NCBI GenBank assembly: GCA_965644295.1
Contig: CBFFRP010000012.1
Span: 1-64,000 of the forward strand
Length of the DNA: 64,000 bases
DNA from: Paraphysomonas bandaiensis
Taxonomy: Eukaryota > Protista > Chrysophyceae
Direction: 5' to 3'
Below are positions 1 to 14,003 of this stretch, in pieces. The notes beneath the pieces were generated by a model, which saw only the letters and a program-made list of their open reading frames with translations, did no database searches and was not told where the DNA came from. Positions within the stretch are counted from its first letter, which is position 1; every line of letters begins with the position of its first letter. Made by a program: the position numbers and the translations under genes.

Positions 1-162
1 CTTGGTGCTAGTGATCTTGGGTGCCAGCGGTATACCATTGCGCGGTGACTCTTCGCGGGAGTCACTAACTGAGTTTAGGTCTAAACTTGGAAAAAAGTGT
101 TTTAATAATAATACCGTTATTACTGTGCTTGTTGGTTCAGTGTAGGTGTTGTTGTAGTTTTA

Positions 163-2297
163 TTGTTTACGAGCCAACACCCTGGTTATCAAACCGGGTG
201 TTGTTATACCCACTCCGATGCAAAGATAGCGAAGACTCGCCCTCCGAAACAATTCAATGGGAATCTAGTGCCGAATCCGGCACCACACGGTCAAGTGGAT
301 CGTGTGCGTCAGCGTGTGGCCAAACGCTGTAACAAGTCTGCTGATTCATCGGGAGATTGGAAAAATCAGGGTACACCTGAAGGGCCAAGTAAGGTCCGTG
401 CTACAGCAAAACAACAATTTTTAGCTGGTAGAAAGAGTGTTCTCCGAAGCAGGAGAATGGCCAGGAAACGGGTAATTGTAAATATACACAAACTAGGTGA
501 TGGTGTATATACATGTGATGTAAATGCTAAACATGTAGTAAATCATATGGCACATGACACACAATGTATATCAAAATTACATACAAACAATATTGATATT
601 GTTATGTATGCTATCAGTAATTGCGATGACATTGACGAGCTAACCGATACACCAAAGAGTGTTCAAGATGCTATTTCAGGTAAATATAAACAGCAGTGGA
701 TCGATGCTATCAATAGAGAAATATCCACTCTTCAGAGGAAAGGGTGCTGGAGATACACTGCGTTACCACCTGGAGCAAGAGCCATAAAGGGGAAACTCAT
801 ATTCAAAATAAAAAGAAAACAGAATGATCTCAAATTCAAGGCTCGACTAGTCGCACAGGGTTTTACTCAAATCCAAGGCATCGATTACAATGATACATAC
901 AGCCCCGTCGCGAAGGCTACATCACTACACGTACAATTATTGCCCTTTCGACTATTATGAAACTCAAATTGCACCAAATCGATTTCACAACTGCGTACAT
1001 CAATGCTGACCTCGAAGAGGACATATACATGTATCCCCCTCCTGGCATGGACGTCCCTGACGGAAAAGTCCTCAAACTGATGAAAAGCATCTATGGTCTA
1101 AAGCAAGCAGGTCTTAACTGGTATAAGTGCTGTACAAATTTTATGCCAGATATGGGTTTTACCAGACTAATATCTGACCCGTGTATATTCAAAAAGCAGA
1201 TTAATGGCAGGATTATGCTAATAGCCATGTATGTGGATGATATTATTATAGCATCTACATCCGACACTGATATCCAACAATTCAAAGACCATTTATCCAA
1301 AAAGTTCGAAATTACGGATCTCGGACTCCTAGATTATTACTTGGGCATCTCCATTCATCAAGATTTTGACAAAAATATCACGACTCTCAGTCAGGAGCAG
1401 TACGTCAGAAAGCTACTGGACAAATTCAACATGTCTAACAGTAAACCCATGTCAACACCTATGTTACTGTCTTTCAACTATGATTTACATGAATACAATC
1501 ATCTTTCAGAGTCAAATCAAAGTTATGTTCAGAATTTCCCCTACAAGGAGCTCATAGGTTCCCAGATGTATCTAGCTGTATGCACTCGACCGGATATCGC
1601 CTACGCAGTCAATACTCTTGCCAGATTTTCTGATATGCCTAATCTAACTACCTGTAATGCTGCGTTACATGTTCTTAGGTATCTCAAAGGTACTGCTAAG
1701 CAAGGATTGATATATTCTGGATCCCACATAACATTGTCAGGATACTGCGATAGCGATTGGGCACGATGTCACCTCACTCGACGGTCCACTACAGCTTTTA
1801 CATTCTTCATAGGTAATTGTCTTATATCATGGCAATCTCGATTACAGACAACTGTGGCATTGTCATCTACTGAAGCTGAGTATATGGCTCTATCGTCAGC
1901 AGCTCAGGAAGCATTATGGCTACGCTCTTTATTATCAGAAATCGGTTTCAAACTTCCATTCTCAACAACTATTTGGTGCGATAATAAAGGGGCAGTCCAA
2001 TTATGTTACAATCCTATTCATCATCGTCGTACGAAACATATTGCGATACGGTATCATTTCATTCGAGAAAATATTGCCGAAAACCAATTGACTGTTGACC
2101 ATATCCCCACCACGTCAATGTTAGCCGATCTTCTCACGAAACCACTAGGAGCAACTAATTTTCTTCAATTACGAACTACATTGATGGGGGGAGCTGGGTT
2201 CGACATCCCATCCAGCAGCAACAGGAAGCGATCAACAACCTCAGAGACACCTAAATCACAATTAACAAGCCACAAGCGACCTAGGTGGCTAGTTTGA
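163..2297 (+). pseudogene. Ty1/Copia pol 3' part (RT + RNase H), frameshifted; 5' part of element lies outside the window
   Basis: KARLVAQGFTQIQGIDYNDTYSPVA, LHQIDFTTAY, KSIYGLKQA, YVDDII, GYCDSDWA, STEAEYMA, WCDNKGA, RTKHIAIRYHF, ADLLTKPL. ORFs 163-960 and 957-2297 join if an extra AC at ~927-930 is removed (gives SLRTIIALSTIMKLKLHQID). Confidence 0.93.
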
Positions 2298-2500
2298 GTT
2301 ACACGGAGTTTTTACCATTTTTTTTTTACTTTTATTCAATACATGATGCTGGACTAGAAGGATGGTCTCACAATATGGCATCTCTGCAGTTCGCTTGTTA
2401 TTGGATAGTGACTGCTACTCTGGTTTTTACTCTCAGTGTGCATAAGTTCATATTCTCTCTATTATCTACGGTTCACTGATATTATTTCATTGAGGGGGCG

Positions 2501-2746
2501 TATTAGGATTCAGCTTAATACATGATTGTATCTGTGAGTTATAATGTTCAATGAAATATACCATGAACTGAATTAGAGAGAGTATCTGTCGAAGATACGT
2601 GATCGTCATCATAACGTCGTCATTATCAGTTACACTTCTAACTATTCCGTTGTGCATGATAGTACGTTCTATATTGTTATTCATAATTTTCACTCTATCG
2701 TGTTCATTACTTACACTCTAATAATCACAACATTGTTTTACTAATA
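2501..2746 (+). repeat. Probable 3' LTR of the first Copia (TATTAG...CTAATA termini)
   Basis: Purine tract tgagggggcg (2491-2500) is followed directly by TATTAG. The inverted CTAATA lies at 2741-2746 (alternative end 2718-2723). No second LTR in the window to confirm. Confidence 0.5.
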
Positions 2747-5021
2747 AGCTTAAATCTTATTTCTCAGAGATAATCTATCGAAGAGCCCTCTACGGCAATA
2801 AAAATTCAGTGTATTCGGACTGCACCAAGTGCTGATGTGCGCACCAATCATAAACGGAACCACGTCTTGCTGAGATGAGTGAAAGAAGGAGGTTAGTCAC
2901 CCGCTACATCTTTATTAAAAGTTTTAGTCTGAATAGGTTGAGGCACGAGATTATTTAAAAACTAAGTTGCTGCCCCGTCTATTCAATTCCGACTAAACAT
3001 ATATCAGTGTTACTACTTTCATTAGAAATATCATAGTACGCTGCTGTCTTCATAGCAAAGAACTTTACAGTTATCACATTCCTTTAAATGAGCATCATTG
3101 ATTGTACGAGTATACTGCAGGTCGTACATCTAAGTACAAGAATAGAAAAAAGCTATGTGTAATGTGTACGTAGCAAAGGGTGGAGTTTCCGGATGACATA
3201 CCTTTTACTTCAGTGAACAAGTAAACTCGTGAAGCCAGAGGTTGATTTAGTGCTTCATTACTGTTGTGAAAAGAGGGCAGGAATAGAGGAAGATATGAGA
3301 GGCACAAGATGAGTAGAAATGGGACGAGGAGCAGAAGAAGGTATCGTAAGGGGACATTACAAAAAAACATATAATTTATGTAACTATGTACCTATCTGTG
3401 TAATATCGTATCTTTGGCCTAACTTTTCGCGATACGGAATTAGATAGAATTGAAATAAGAAATAAGCAACGTGAAACCGGTCCAAGATAACCTTGGTACA
3501 ACTTTACGCAGGTGACACATCATTTCTGCCATTTAATTTGATTGAGTTTTTTTGTGCATATGATATACGCATATGCGATGATGATTTAGTTATACATACG
3601 AGGGGATTCAGAATAAATAACTGCTCTATCAATGATATCCTAAGTCGACATACTCAGCTGTAGAATGGTACCGCCAAGTAATACATATGTACTGTAGAGA
3701 TTTGTGTAATACATTATATTACATATAGTATATTGCATATATCACCTGATAGATACTACGATAATACACCGTAAGTGGGGCAATAGATGGGAGGGATAAG
3801 GAAAATATAGCATATTCTGAGAGTACTAATTAACCCACTTCAATTGCACGATGTTCATGCAGCAGAGCTACAAAAGTTCAACGCAAATTCGTGATTGTTA
3901 TAACGAAATTAAAGGTCTGACTGCCTTAAATAGAATGACATACTAGAAATACGAACGCACTGGCGTTTAAGTACCTCGCCTCTAGTATGTGGTTTCTCGC
4001 TCTTTCAGACACCACGGCACCCCACCATAGGGGGTTAAAACAAACCTAGATAGCTCATACTCAGTATTCCCTTAAATAAGATTTTCCCGGTAGCCTGCAC
4101 ATGCAGTAGGGTCATGAGCCTCCTTTCCCTAACCCGTCTTCATCATGAACTGGAGGCAATGAATTCAAAATTAATGTCGTACTATAAGTGACGATTGATG
4201 GATACAAAGTAGGAGTGTGATAGGTTGGAATCATGGTGAAATATGAAAATGGCATGTCTGTAGGTGACGAAGACAAATGCATTGAAGGTAAGCATTCTCA
4301 ACGACTTCAGGAATGTAGTCTTGTCCATATGATAGTCGAAAACGAAAGCACTTCATTATCTGTTTTGCCACCCATTGTTCTATTCAATTTATAGCGTATA
4401 TATACTTTCATGGCAATGTTGGCATTGAATTGTCGTGTTGTGGCTCATGCCAGGGTATGAATCATGTTTCTATCTTTCGAGTACAGTGTAAAGTTAAAGA
4501 ATCCAAACAAACAAGGGGACGTATAGTTCTGTATGGGGCACCACCGTTGGTCAGCATTGGTTACCTGCGCATTAAACCCTAAGAGCACTACATGTACTCT
4601 CAATCCAGGACACTGACACAGCAGTCACTCTGCGGTATGTGGCATATAAGAAGTACCGATCTTACACCGAGACAACTTTTGGTGTATGATACAGACACAG
4701 AGGTTACATATACTAACTATTTTACCAAAATATATTGTCCTTAAATTGTATTCTTCATTGATACCTTTAATATTACGCACCATATACAGAGATTACCACT
4801 ACCACTCTTAAGTGTTATACCGAATCATATACACAATATACATAGTATAGATATATACGCACTTGTGCATGTCGATTTTGTGGATTAACTTTTTCTCTTT
4901 TCATCAATGAAATAAAATCAATGTAATGGATATCTAGATATGATCATGGTTACCAAACTACGACGTAGGTACAAGTGCAATTTTTTTTTCTGGAGGTGAG
5001 TTTCGTAGAGGAATGAGAGGA

Positions 5022-8000
5022 TGTTCTTTTCAGTTTAGTACTTGAAGTGACTGTATAAGATATGCATAGGGCACATAGAGGTGTATGGTGTTATATTATG
5101 CAGTGTGTAGTGTACGGCTGTAGAATAGAGGCATAATTTCCTCTTACTGAGAAGTTCTGTAGTAACGATAAAGAGAACCTTGCTTTGACTACCTGTAGTG
5201 TAGACTGTGTGAAAGCAACGGGGGTATTCCGTCCGTTTATTGATTTGTAACATCCGTAACATTCGACCGAGTACCGTATTTTTCTCTGCGTAAGAGGAAA
5301 TTATGAAGAAGACAACGAACGACAAGCCAACAAGATTTGCAAGATTCGGCAAGAAACCGAGCACCGATAGACCAGAACATGTACCGACTTTAAGATACGG
5401 TGCCAACTCGAACTTCGCCACATTCAAACAGAGGCTTGTAGTGGTGGGCATGCAAAAGTACGGTGATCTTGCACGCCTAGTAGAGCTGGACAAATATTAT
5501 GAGCCCGATGCGATAAACCCAGAGGATTTTGATTTGGAAGACGACCCCTATGGAGTTAACCTCGACCTGATGAAGGACAAGACCAAGACCAGAGGGAGAT
5601 TAATAGACAAGATGCGGAACGATAGATCGGCATTCTACTCATTCATGGTAGACCATCTGAGCCACGAATCAATGGATGCAGTCAAGCTATTAGATGAATA
5701 CGAGCTCATGAACAGGACTAAGGATCCTCTACTACTATGGCTGGCTATCAAACAAACCCACAAAGTATCTACTAACTCCAGCGTAAGTACAGTGGTACGA
5801 GCAGAAGCGAGGAAAAGGTACAAAGACGCTAAACAGGGAGCATATGAGAGTATAGTTACTTATAAGGAGAGGTTTGATCATCTATTAGAAGCCTACAAAG
5901 ACATGAACAACGCGGAAATGAATGAAGAGGACATCGCGATGGATTTCTTCGAAGGGCTGGACGACACGAGATATGGCGAGTTCAAAACTAGCTATCTCAA
6001 CGATCTAACAATGGGAACGCAAACAGCACCTACGCATGTGAATGAGATATATACAAAAGCATCAAAATATCTGACGCCGAAGAGAGCAACGAGAGCAGGC
6101 GGCGGATCCGCATTCGTGAGCAAATCGAAGTCTGACAAAGGCAAGAAATCAGCAGATAGCGATGATACACCAGAGCAGCAACAAGGGAACGACACGAAGT
6201 CGCACAACAGCAAACGTGGTCAGAAAAAAAGGCAGCTCATATGTTGGGGCTGCGGTGAGCCAGGCCACAGAATGAACGAATGCCCAGACAGTAGTCAAGA
6301 ATCAGAAAACAAGCACTGCACGACAACAATGTTGAACGCCTTCACGTCAGGAAGCGAGCCATTCCAATGGTACGAAGTATTACTCGACAATCAGGCGGAT
6401 GTCTCGGTAGTACACCCAAGACTACTGAACAATGTAAGACCGGCGTCCAGAGGATGCACCGTGGCGGGATTATCGGGACACGCACTGGAACTACCGAATG
6501 TAGGCGAGCTAGACCAATTCTTCACCTGTAAGACAGCAGATGAGCTAAGGGCAAGCGTACTATGTCAGGCGGACGTAGAAGACATATATGAAGTGACATA
6601 TAGGCAGGGAGAGTCTTTCACTGTCCACTTACCTGACAGTGATTTGACTTTCTATCGAAAGAACAAGATGTATGTGGCCGACATGCGCGACTGGGCGACG
6701 GCCAAAGTCAACGTAACGACTGTAGCGGAGCGCGAAGCCCAATATTCGAAAGTAGAAGTCGCGAGAGCGCGAGAAGCACGAGACCTGATCCGAAACTCGG
6801 GCTTCGACTCGGAGAGAGATGCTGTGCAGCTAGTGAGCGACGGAAACGTTACAGGGGTGCGACTTACCCCGAGTGATATCAGAAGAGCTTTTGACATATA
6901 TATGGGAGACCGTTCGAAGCGGTGAGAGGCAAGCAGACGAATAAGAAAGTCAGCCGGCAATACGCGGATCCGGAACTGAAGGCAGAACAGCAGAAGGAGC
7001 AAAGGCTGTACACAGACATCTTCAGTGTGAGACAGCAATCGTTCATGCTCACACTAGCGGAACCATTGGGACTAACCATCGTTACTTCACTCGAAAACGA
7101 AACAACGGATCAGTTGGGATTGGCCCTACAGGAACAAGTAAACCTGTTAAGAAGCTACGGGTACATACCGACAGTTACCTACCTGGACCCTCAGCCGGGA
7201 TTCAAGGCCCTGAGAGGCAAGATCACAGGGATGGAGATTGACGTGGCAGGGGCTGGAGATCACCTGGACAAGATCGACGCGAAGATTAGGCGACTCAAAG
7301 AGACAATACGCAGTGTACATTCAGGGCTACCATGGAACCTACCAGATGCCAACGTCAGAGACCTGGTGAGATACGCCAACAGCCGCATGAACTTGAGGAG
7401 GCCATCCACCAATGGCACAACTGTAGCACCGCGAGTGGCATTGACTGGTCGGAAACCCAATTATAAAAAGGAACTGTCACTGGCTTTCGGGGACTACGTA
7501 GAATGCTATGACCCGAAGGTCAAGAGCAATAACGCGGAGCAGGCCAGAACAGAACCATGTATCGCGCTGTACCCATCCGGCAACGCAAACGGGAGTTGGA
7601 TATTTTTAAACCTTAAAACAAATAAATATGTGAGTAGGACCAACTGGGTGAAGATGGTGACCACGCAAATAGTAATAGACGCCGTGAATAGAATATCGTC
7701 ATTGCACAACAAGTCACACTCACCTGTCACGACCAGTGAGAATGAGAGTCGAGAGATCGAGGATACCACGCCACCAGCTGAGAATGACAAGATCGATAAG
7801 CCGAAGGAGCCTCACGAGGAGGGGCAGATGACAGCAGTTGACACAGACGAAGGGCACGGCCACACAGAAGAGAGAGAGAGAACAAAAATCACGGAACCAG
7901 TCGACGATGATGGCGACAGGGCTGATGGGCCGAGCGAACAGGAGCCGGGCACTGCAACACCCAACGACATCGACGATCCGGAAATTACAGGGGTGGAAAC

Positions 8001-9483
8001 TGCAGGGATGACACATAACACAAGCGAACTACTATCATCATCATCATCAGCCGGAGCAAGGATAGCGGCAGGCACAAGAAGAAAGCCCGTAATGTATCGA
8101 GCCTATCACACAAGCGTAACCAAAGGTTTAAAGGAACACGGCAAAGAAGCCTACCTGGCGATAGTAAGGGAGCTGAAGCAGCTGCTGCATGAAAAAAAGG
8201 CGATAGTTCCAGTACACCGGAGTGACATGTCAAAGACTCAACTCAAACGAACAATTCGATCGCTGATGTTCTTGAAGACGAAATACAACGGACTCGGAAG
8301 GTTCGAGAAAATCAAGGCGAGGCTGGTTGCGAACGGGGCGCAGCAGGACCGGAAACTGTACCCAGACACGTCGTCACCCACTGTGGACATACAGTCAGTA
8401 TTTGCATGCCTAGCAATAGCAGCGAGAGAGGGGAGACATGTATCGACAATTGATATAGGTGGTGCATACCTCAATGCGGAGATGTCAGGCGAAGAGGTAA
8501 TAATGGAATTGGAGCCGATGTTGGCCACAATACTCAGAAAACTAGACCCCACAATCCAGCCGTATGTTGATGAAAGAGGCAAAATATTGGTGCGCCTAGA
8601 CAAAGCGTTATATGGATGCGTGCAGAGCGCCAAGCTCTGGTACAACACGATAAGAGCTTACCTGGAGAGCATTGGTTTCGTGGCTAACCCGGTGGATCAG
8701 TGTGTTCTCAATAGGACTGTCAACGGCAAGCAGTGCACTATAACACTACACGTGGACGATCTACTAGTGCTATCACAAGACAAGCGTGACACCGAGTGGT
8801 TGGTGGAACAACTAAAGAAACAATATGGTGAGGTAAAATACTGTGATGACAAAGACATGTCGTATTTAGATATGCATGTGAGCATGATAGATGACAGGGC
8901 AGTGGTGTCAATGAGGGCTTACCTAGACGGAGTGCTGGAGGAGGCAGCGGTCACTGGCAGAGCAGCATCTCCAGCGACATCATCACTGTTCGCAGAGGGC
9001 GCAGGACAGAAATTGGGGAGGAAGGAGGCTGCCAATTTCCATTCAGTGGTGGCCAAATTGCTATATCTGTCAATAAGAGTTAGACCAGACATCCTGCTCA
9101 GTATAGCGTACCTCACAACAAGAGTGAAGGGTCCGACAATCGGAGATCAGCAGAAGTTGAATCGAGTGCTGAAATACCTTGCGCACACAAGGGATCAAGA
9201 TCTGCAGCTGAAGATTGGAGAACAGCTGCGGGTAAGAAGCTTCATCGACGCTTCGTTCGCCACCCACGAAGACGGAAAAGGGCATACAGGCGTAGTTGTA
9301 CAGCTTGGAGGGGCCACAGTACTATGCCGATCAACTAAGCAACGAATCGTGACGAAAGACTCGACCGAATCCGAGCTGGTCGGCCTATCTGATATGATGT
9401 CTAATGCAATGAGATTACATGAGTTTGTGTGTGGGCAGGGCTATGCGCTTGACCCACCTGTTATTTATCAGGACAACTTGTCG
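5022..9483 (+). mobile_element. CoDi-like Ty1/Copia LTR retrotransposon, 3'-truncated, no 3' LTR
   Basis: Gag-PR-IN-RT-RNaseH order. Candidate 5' LTR 5022-5220 (tgttctttt...gaaagcaacg). RNase H stops at IYQDNLS and joins unrelated repeat DNA. Confidence 0.85.
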
Positions 9484-9510
9484 AATCTCAGTGCGAGTTT
9501 TTTTGGTTGA
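5303..9510 (+). pseudogene. Copia gag-pol polyprotein broken by a +2 frameshift
   Basis: CCHC knuckle CWGCGEPGHRMNEC, protease LLDNQADVSV, integrase core YTDIF/YLDPQ, RT KARLVANG/DIGGAYL/LYGCVQSA/HVDD, RNase H FIDASFA/STESEL. gacatatatatggg at ~6893-6906 carries an extra AT; removing it gives DIYGRPFEAVRGK. Confidence 0.9.
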
Positions 9511-9807
9511 CCATACGGATACGGATATGGATACGGGCCACTACATATACCTGAATTTGTGCGTATCGGCAGTCAGCATCTTATTTTTCGGAAATAAATT
9601 GAAGCAAATATATTCTATATATCTGCAATACAACTAGAGCTGGAATACAGATAATTTTTGTCTCAGTATTTGAGGCATCTTTGAACAAAAATATACAAAA
9701 GGATGCCGATACGCGTGTGTGTGTTTTTAGGGTGTATGATCTTGTGGTCATACAATGTTCACTTGTTACTATATTCTATTAACAGTTTTGTAGCAAACCT
9801 ACCTGCG

Positions 9808-11567
9808 ATGGCAACGAGATTGCGAGGATTTGACGCCCCCACGGTGCGATAAGTTTTTTTTGACAAGTATAATTCTTGGGCATTTATTTTGTTGCTGTTG
9901 TTGTTGTTTTAGGTGTGGCACGAGATCACGCCCATGGCTGTGGCTTACAAATCAGAAAATCTGGGTCAGGGGTTTCCAGATTGGGAGACTCCTGATTTTG
10001 TCAAAGCTGCTATGTCTCAAGCAATATCAGAGAATTATAATCAATACTGCCGCTCTGGAGGGGAATTGTCACTTGTTCAAGAGTTGAGCAAACACTACAG
10101 CCCTCTCGTTGGGCGAGAAATCGACCATATGACAGAAATCACTATTGCAGTGGGTGCTACAGGAGCATTATTTGCAATTATGCAATCAATATTGAATAGT
10201 GGCGACGAAGTAGTCCTTTTCGAACCAGCGTTTGATATGTAAGTATTAAGGGTTGCTGGTTTTCTCATGTGCGATTGCACCCACAATCTTTTTGCTAATT
10301 GCAGTTATACAGCTACCCCGCTCAGGTACAGATGGCTGGAGGAACGTGTAAATTCGTTCCACTAGTGAGGGACATCACAAATTCTACGTGGACTTTCAAT
10401 GCGACAGAACTTGAAGCAGCGATCACCCCATCGACGAAAGTGTTGTTGATTAACTCCCCCCATAATCCCACGGGGAAAGTTTTTAATGATGACGAATTAA
10501 AACAGATATGTGATATTCTGCGGAGACATCCACATGTAACTGCTGTGATGGACGAGGTACACAAGTAATCAGTGTGATATCATTCGATATGAGCTCTTGC
10601 AGTACATATGCAGTCATTATAATCTTATTTATATTAAGCTTTGATTAGCGTTAAAGTACTTCATGATATAGAATAAGTGTTGTTACCTCTACCAATATCT
10701 GAGTTGTGAATCTTCATGTCCTTTCATTTTATAGGTGTATGAAAAATTGACCTACGACGGTCGCCCCCACCTACGACTGGCATCGTATCCGGACATGTGG
10801 AACAGAACTCTCACTGTCTCTTCAGCGGGAAAAACTTTCTCGTGCACTGGATGGAAGGTTGGATGGATATTTGGTCCCGCACATCTGATTAAACCTATTA
10901 TGCTGGCGAATCAGTGGATACAGTTCTCTGTATCTACGCCTGCTCAGCGCGCTATGGCCATTGTCTTGCAACGTGCCAGTCAGCCGTATGAAGGCCACGA
11001 TAACTATTATGATTACATCAGATCTGTGTATGAAACTAAGCGTAATCATCTGGTGGAAAGCTTGGTGGCTGCGAATTTGCCTCCTATTGTTCCGGAAGGT
11101 GGTTTTTTTGTAATGGCTGACACCTCGAAACATGTAGTTCCGGAAGAGTATATGCAGGACCCACTACCGAGTGGATTGCCAGCATCCAAGGACTGGGGAT
11201 TTGCCAGGTGTGTAGGATTACCAACATCGTATTGTCAGCTTGACAACTTTTCTTTGATGGCTGAATGTTCTCGTTTTTCTGGTTTGCCTGGGTGACTGAC
11301 TCGGTTGTTTAATGTTACTACGTAGATGGCTGACTAAAGCTTATGGTGTTACTCCTATTCCCCCAACATCATTTTATACACAAGCGAACATTGCCCATGG
11401 AGAGAATTTAGGTATAGCTTCACCGATATGGTACTTAATTTTACCTGATGTGTGCAGCACGATTTGCATGCTGTAAAACAGATAGATGCCTGATTGCGGC
11501 CAGGGAGAAATTGGCAGTGTTTGGGAAAGACTCCTCTGATACTCTGTTGACCGTAGAACGCGTTTAG
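9808..11567 (+). CDS. Kynurenine/glutamine aminotransferase (class I/II PLP enzyme, KAT/CCBL-like), about 6 exons
   Basis: Exons ~9808-9843, 9913-10238, 10313-10556, 10735-11207, 11326-11411, 11458-11567 with GT-AG introns. Motifs NLGQGFPD, NSPHNPTGKVF, DEVYE, SAGKTFSCTGWKVGW (PLP lysine), PEGGFF, RFACCK. Confidence 0.9.
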
Positions 11568-11849
11568 ATCAGCCGGTTTAACATTCTACCGTATGTCTTA
11601 ACACTAAATGATAACAGTTGAGACTTGTGTCCTAGTTTTGTATATTGGACCTCATATGGGTGCTTTCAATGCGACTACTTAACGTAGAAACGTAGAAGCA
11701 GTACACATTAAATTCAATAGCTTTCTGATATGGCACTTTTGATTTAAATACTTCAGCAGTACATAGATATTTATTTGCTCGCTACTTTACGGTTTCAGCA
11801 ATACATCAACAAGCAGAAATATGTAGCAGCACACTGAGAAAGCGCAGCT

Positions 11850-12805
11850 CGAGCGTTTTCTGTTGGACAGAACTGATGAGAAGTGGAAAAAGTTGATGGT
11901 GTCGCCTCACTGACGAGAAGCCACCACACGCACCAAGAACAAAAGCGTCTATATATACGCACGACCAAACCAACTAAGTACCGCTGCTTGAAGCATATTT
12001 ACTCCACTACTAGCTACTACTAGTTGTGTAGAAAGGCTTTTCAGTAGAGCCAAAATCAACATGAGTGATCTGTTATATGTTCTATGGTACCTCATCGAAT
12101 AGAGGCCATTATGTTCTTGCGCTTTAATAGATTTCTGTGGAATGCAAGTACGATTGAAGATGCTATACGTGCTTATAATGAGTATCTAAGTTAACTAGAC
12201 AATAATTGGCACCTCATCTCAAGGGGAGACATCCTGATCACACACACCAGAGAGTCCTGGGACCCACGATCATGGCGAACCTCACAATCAACATTTGAAC
12301 GTAAGTGGTCGCACCTTGGTGCTTGCGGCGACGCACAAGCAGCTTCTGTAGCGCTAAATAGTAGGATAATAGAGTTTGTGCTGATTAGTTATGGGTAGAG
12401 GTCTAAATAGTCTGTCTGGCATTCAACTGAGTTAGTAATATTTTATAGTAATATTATTATGATATTATTATACCATATATGACTTAGTCTAGATAATGTA
12501 AAAGGTTTCTTGGAATCGTCATCATTACACAACATTAATATTCTTCATTACCTCTGTCTAAATTATATCATCAATAAACATGAGGTTTTCATGATGAATT
12601 TTTTAAAAAGTCCCAAATTTAGAAATTTTTCCCAAGTTTGAAAAAAGTTTGCTTCTCTAGCCACTACATTGGTGCAGATTTTTAACGCCTATATTGCTAA
12701 ATAATATAATAAGACTTTCAATATAATTGCGCGAGCTATAACTAATAATTGCAATTTAATTGCAAAAAAACATTTTAAATTGCAATTAATTGTTACGCAG
12801 CCCTG
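11850..12805 (+). mobile_element. Degenerate hAT DNA transposon right half, interrupted by retroposon 3' fragments
   Basis: Translates to KYRCLKHIYSTT...VERLFSRAKINMSDL...IEAIMFLRFNRFLW (hAT C-terminal dimerisation-like). Right TIR ...aattaattgttacgcagccctg ends at 12805 and matches the TIR at 24979. Confidence 0.7.
12219..12723 (+). mobile_element. 5'-truncated 3' end of the ribozyme-retroposon family (pieces 12219-12430 and 12657-12723)
   Basis: gcaccttggtgcttgcggcgacgcacaagcag...aacgcctatattgcta...aagactttcaat; colinear with 28478-28745. Confidence 0.75.
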
Positions 12806-14003
12806 TTGTGCAATGTGGGGGGTATATTATTCAAACGTAGTCAATTTGGTGGAATCACCTACTACTAGTTCCACCAATTTTGGAGTAAAACCTAGTCATG
12901 TAGTTAAAATGCAGACAGGCATTGTATACATACATTACACATTACATCAGATTTTCAGAAAAAGAGTTTTTAGTTCTTGTCATTAAGTACTAAAAGCAGT
13001 AATCAGGTATTCTTTAAGATTCCTGCCCCATTCCGAAGGCGTGTGGTCATAGTGTAGGCTCGGTGGTATACCACCAATAATAAGGAGATATTTTATAACA
13101 TTGATTCTTCCACCCGCCTACTACCCGTGTACCAACGTAGCTGACCATCATATAGATCACACACAGATTGTGTTGCCGCCCCACCCGTGTTTACCATTAT
13201 TGCTAAGATTACGCGAGATTTCACATAACTTTTATAGAATATATGTAATTAAGTTAGCACTCTCTAGTAGGACCATGTGTACCTTCCCATTACCTCTAAC
13301 AAATATTACGCGGAGCTTCTCGTGACCACACATTACACAGTGTATAGGCCTAGCGTGACATATTGGGCGCCCCCTCCCCTAGAATACGCGGGGTTTCTCG
13401 TACTGTAGATCTCTAGTTTTTAGTGTATAATGCAAGTTTAGTGTAAATCTCTAGCTAGAGCTTGCTTGGTGCCGATACACAAAGAATACGCTGAGATTTA
13501 TTAACAATCTATACTTATAGCTTTTAGTCACCACTAGCACTTTACTAGGGAGCGCTCTCGGAATGGGGCATCCTGGTCTAAGTGTCATGGCTCTGGCGGG
13601 CTCCTCGTTGATGAAGGCTCTCGTTTTAGCTTGACATCAATGTCTCCTGAGAATTAACTAGATATTTACACCTGGCTAGTAAATAATGCCTAGCTATTGA
13701 ATGTCAGATTATTAAGAAGCGCAAGCTTGTGCGTTGCCGCGACCAACCTAACAACTCGCGCGACACTATATGCATAACATGACTCTCATCTAGTTACTAT
13801 TGCATGCACCGACAAGTGCTCAACTATACAACACGATTTAGTTAGCTACATGGGCATACGACGAGTTGCGTGTTTAAGCCGGATCATACGCTCCTGCCCA
13901 ATCTACTTGTCCTAACACAAACAACTTGCGGTCGGTGTCTTCGGCATATGTCTCCTGTATATATGCGGCAGATCTTTTTAGGGCCCTCTTCAAGGTGGTG
14001 TTC

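Noticed and set aside
12315-12345. Group II intron domain V look-alike (GCG-GNRA-CGC-AC bulge)
   Set aside because: No AGC/CGC triad at the right position, a short lower stem, and no domain VI or intron context.
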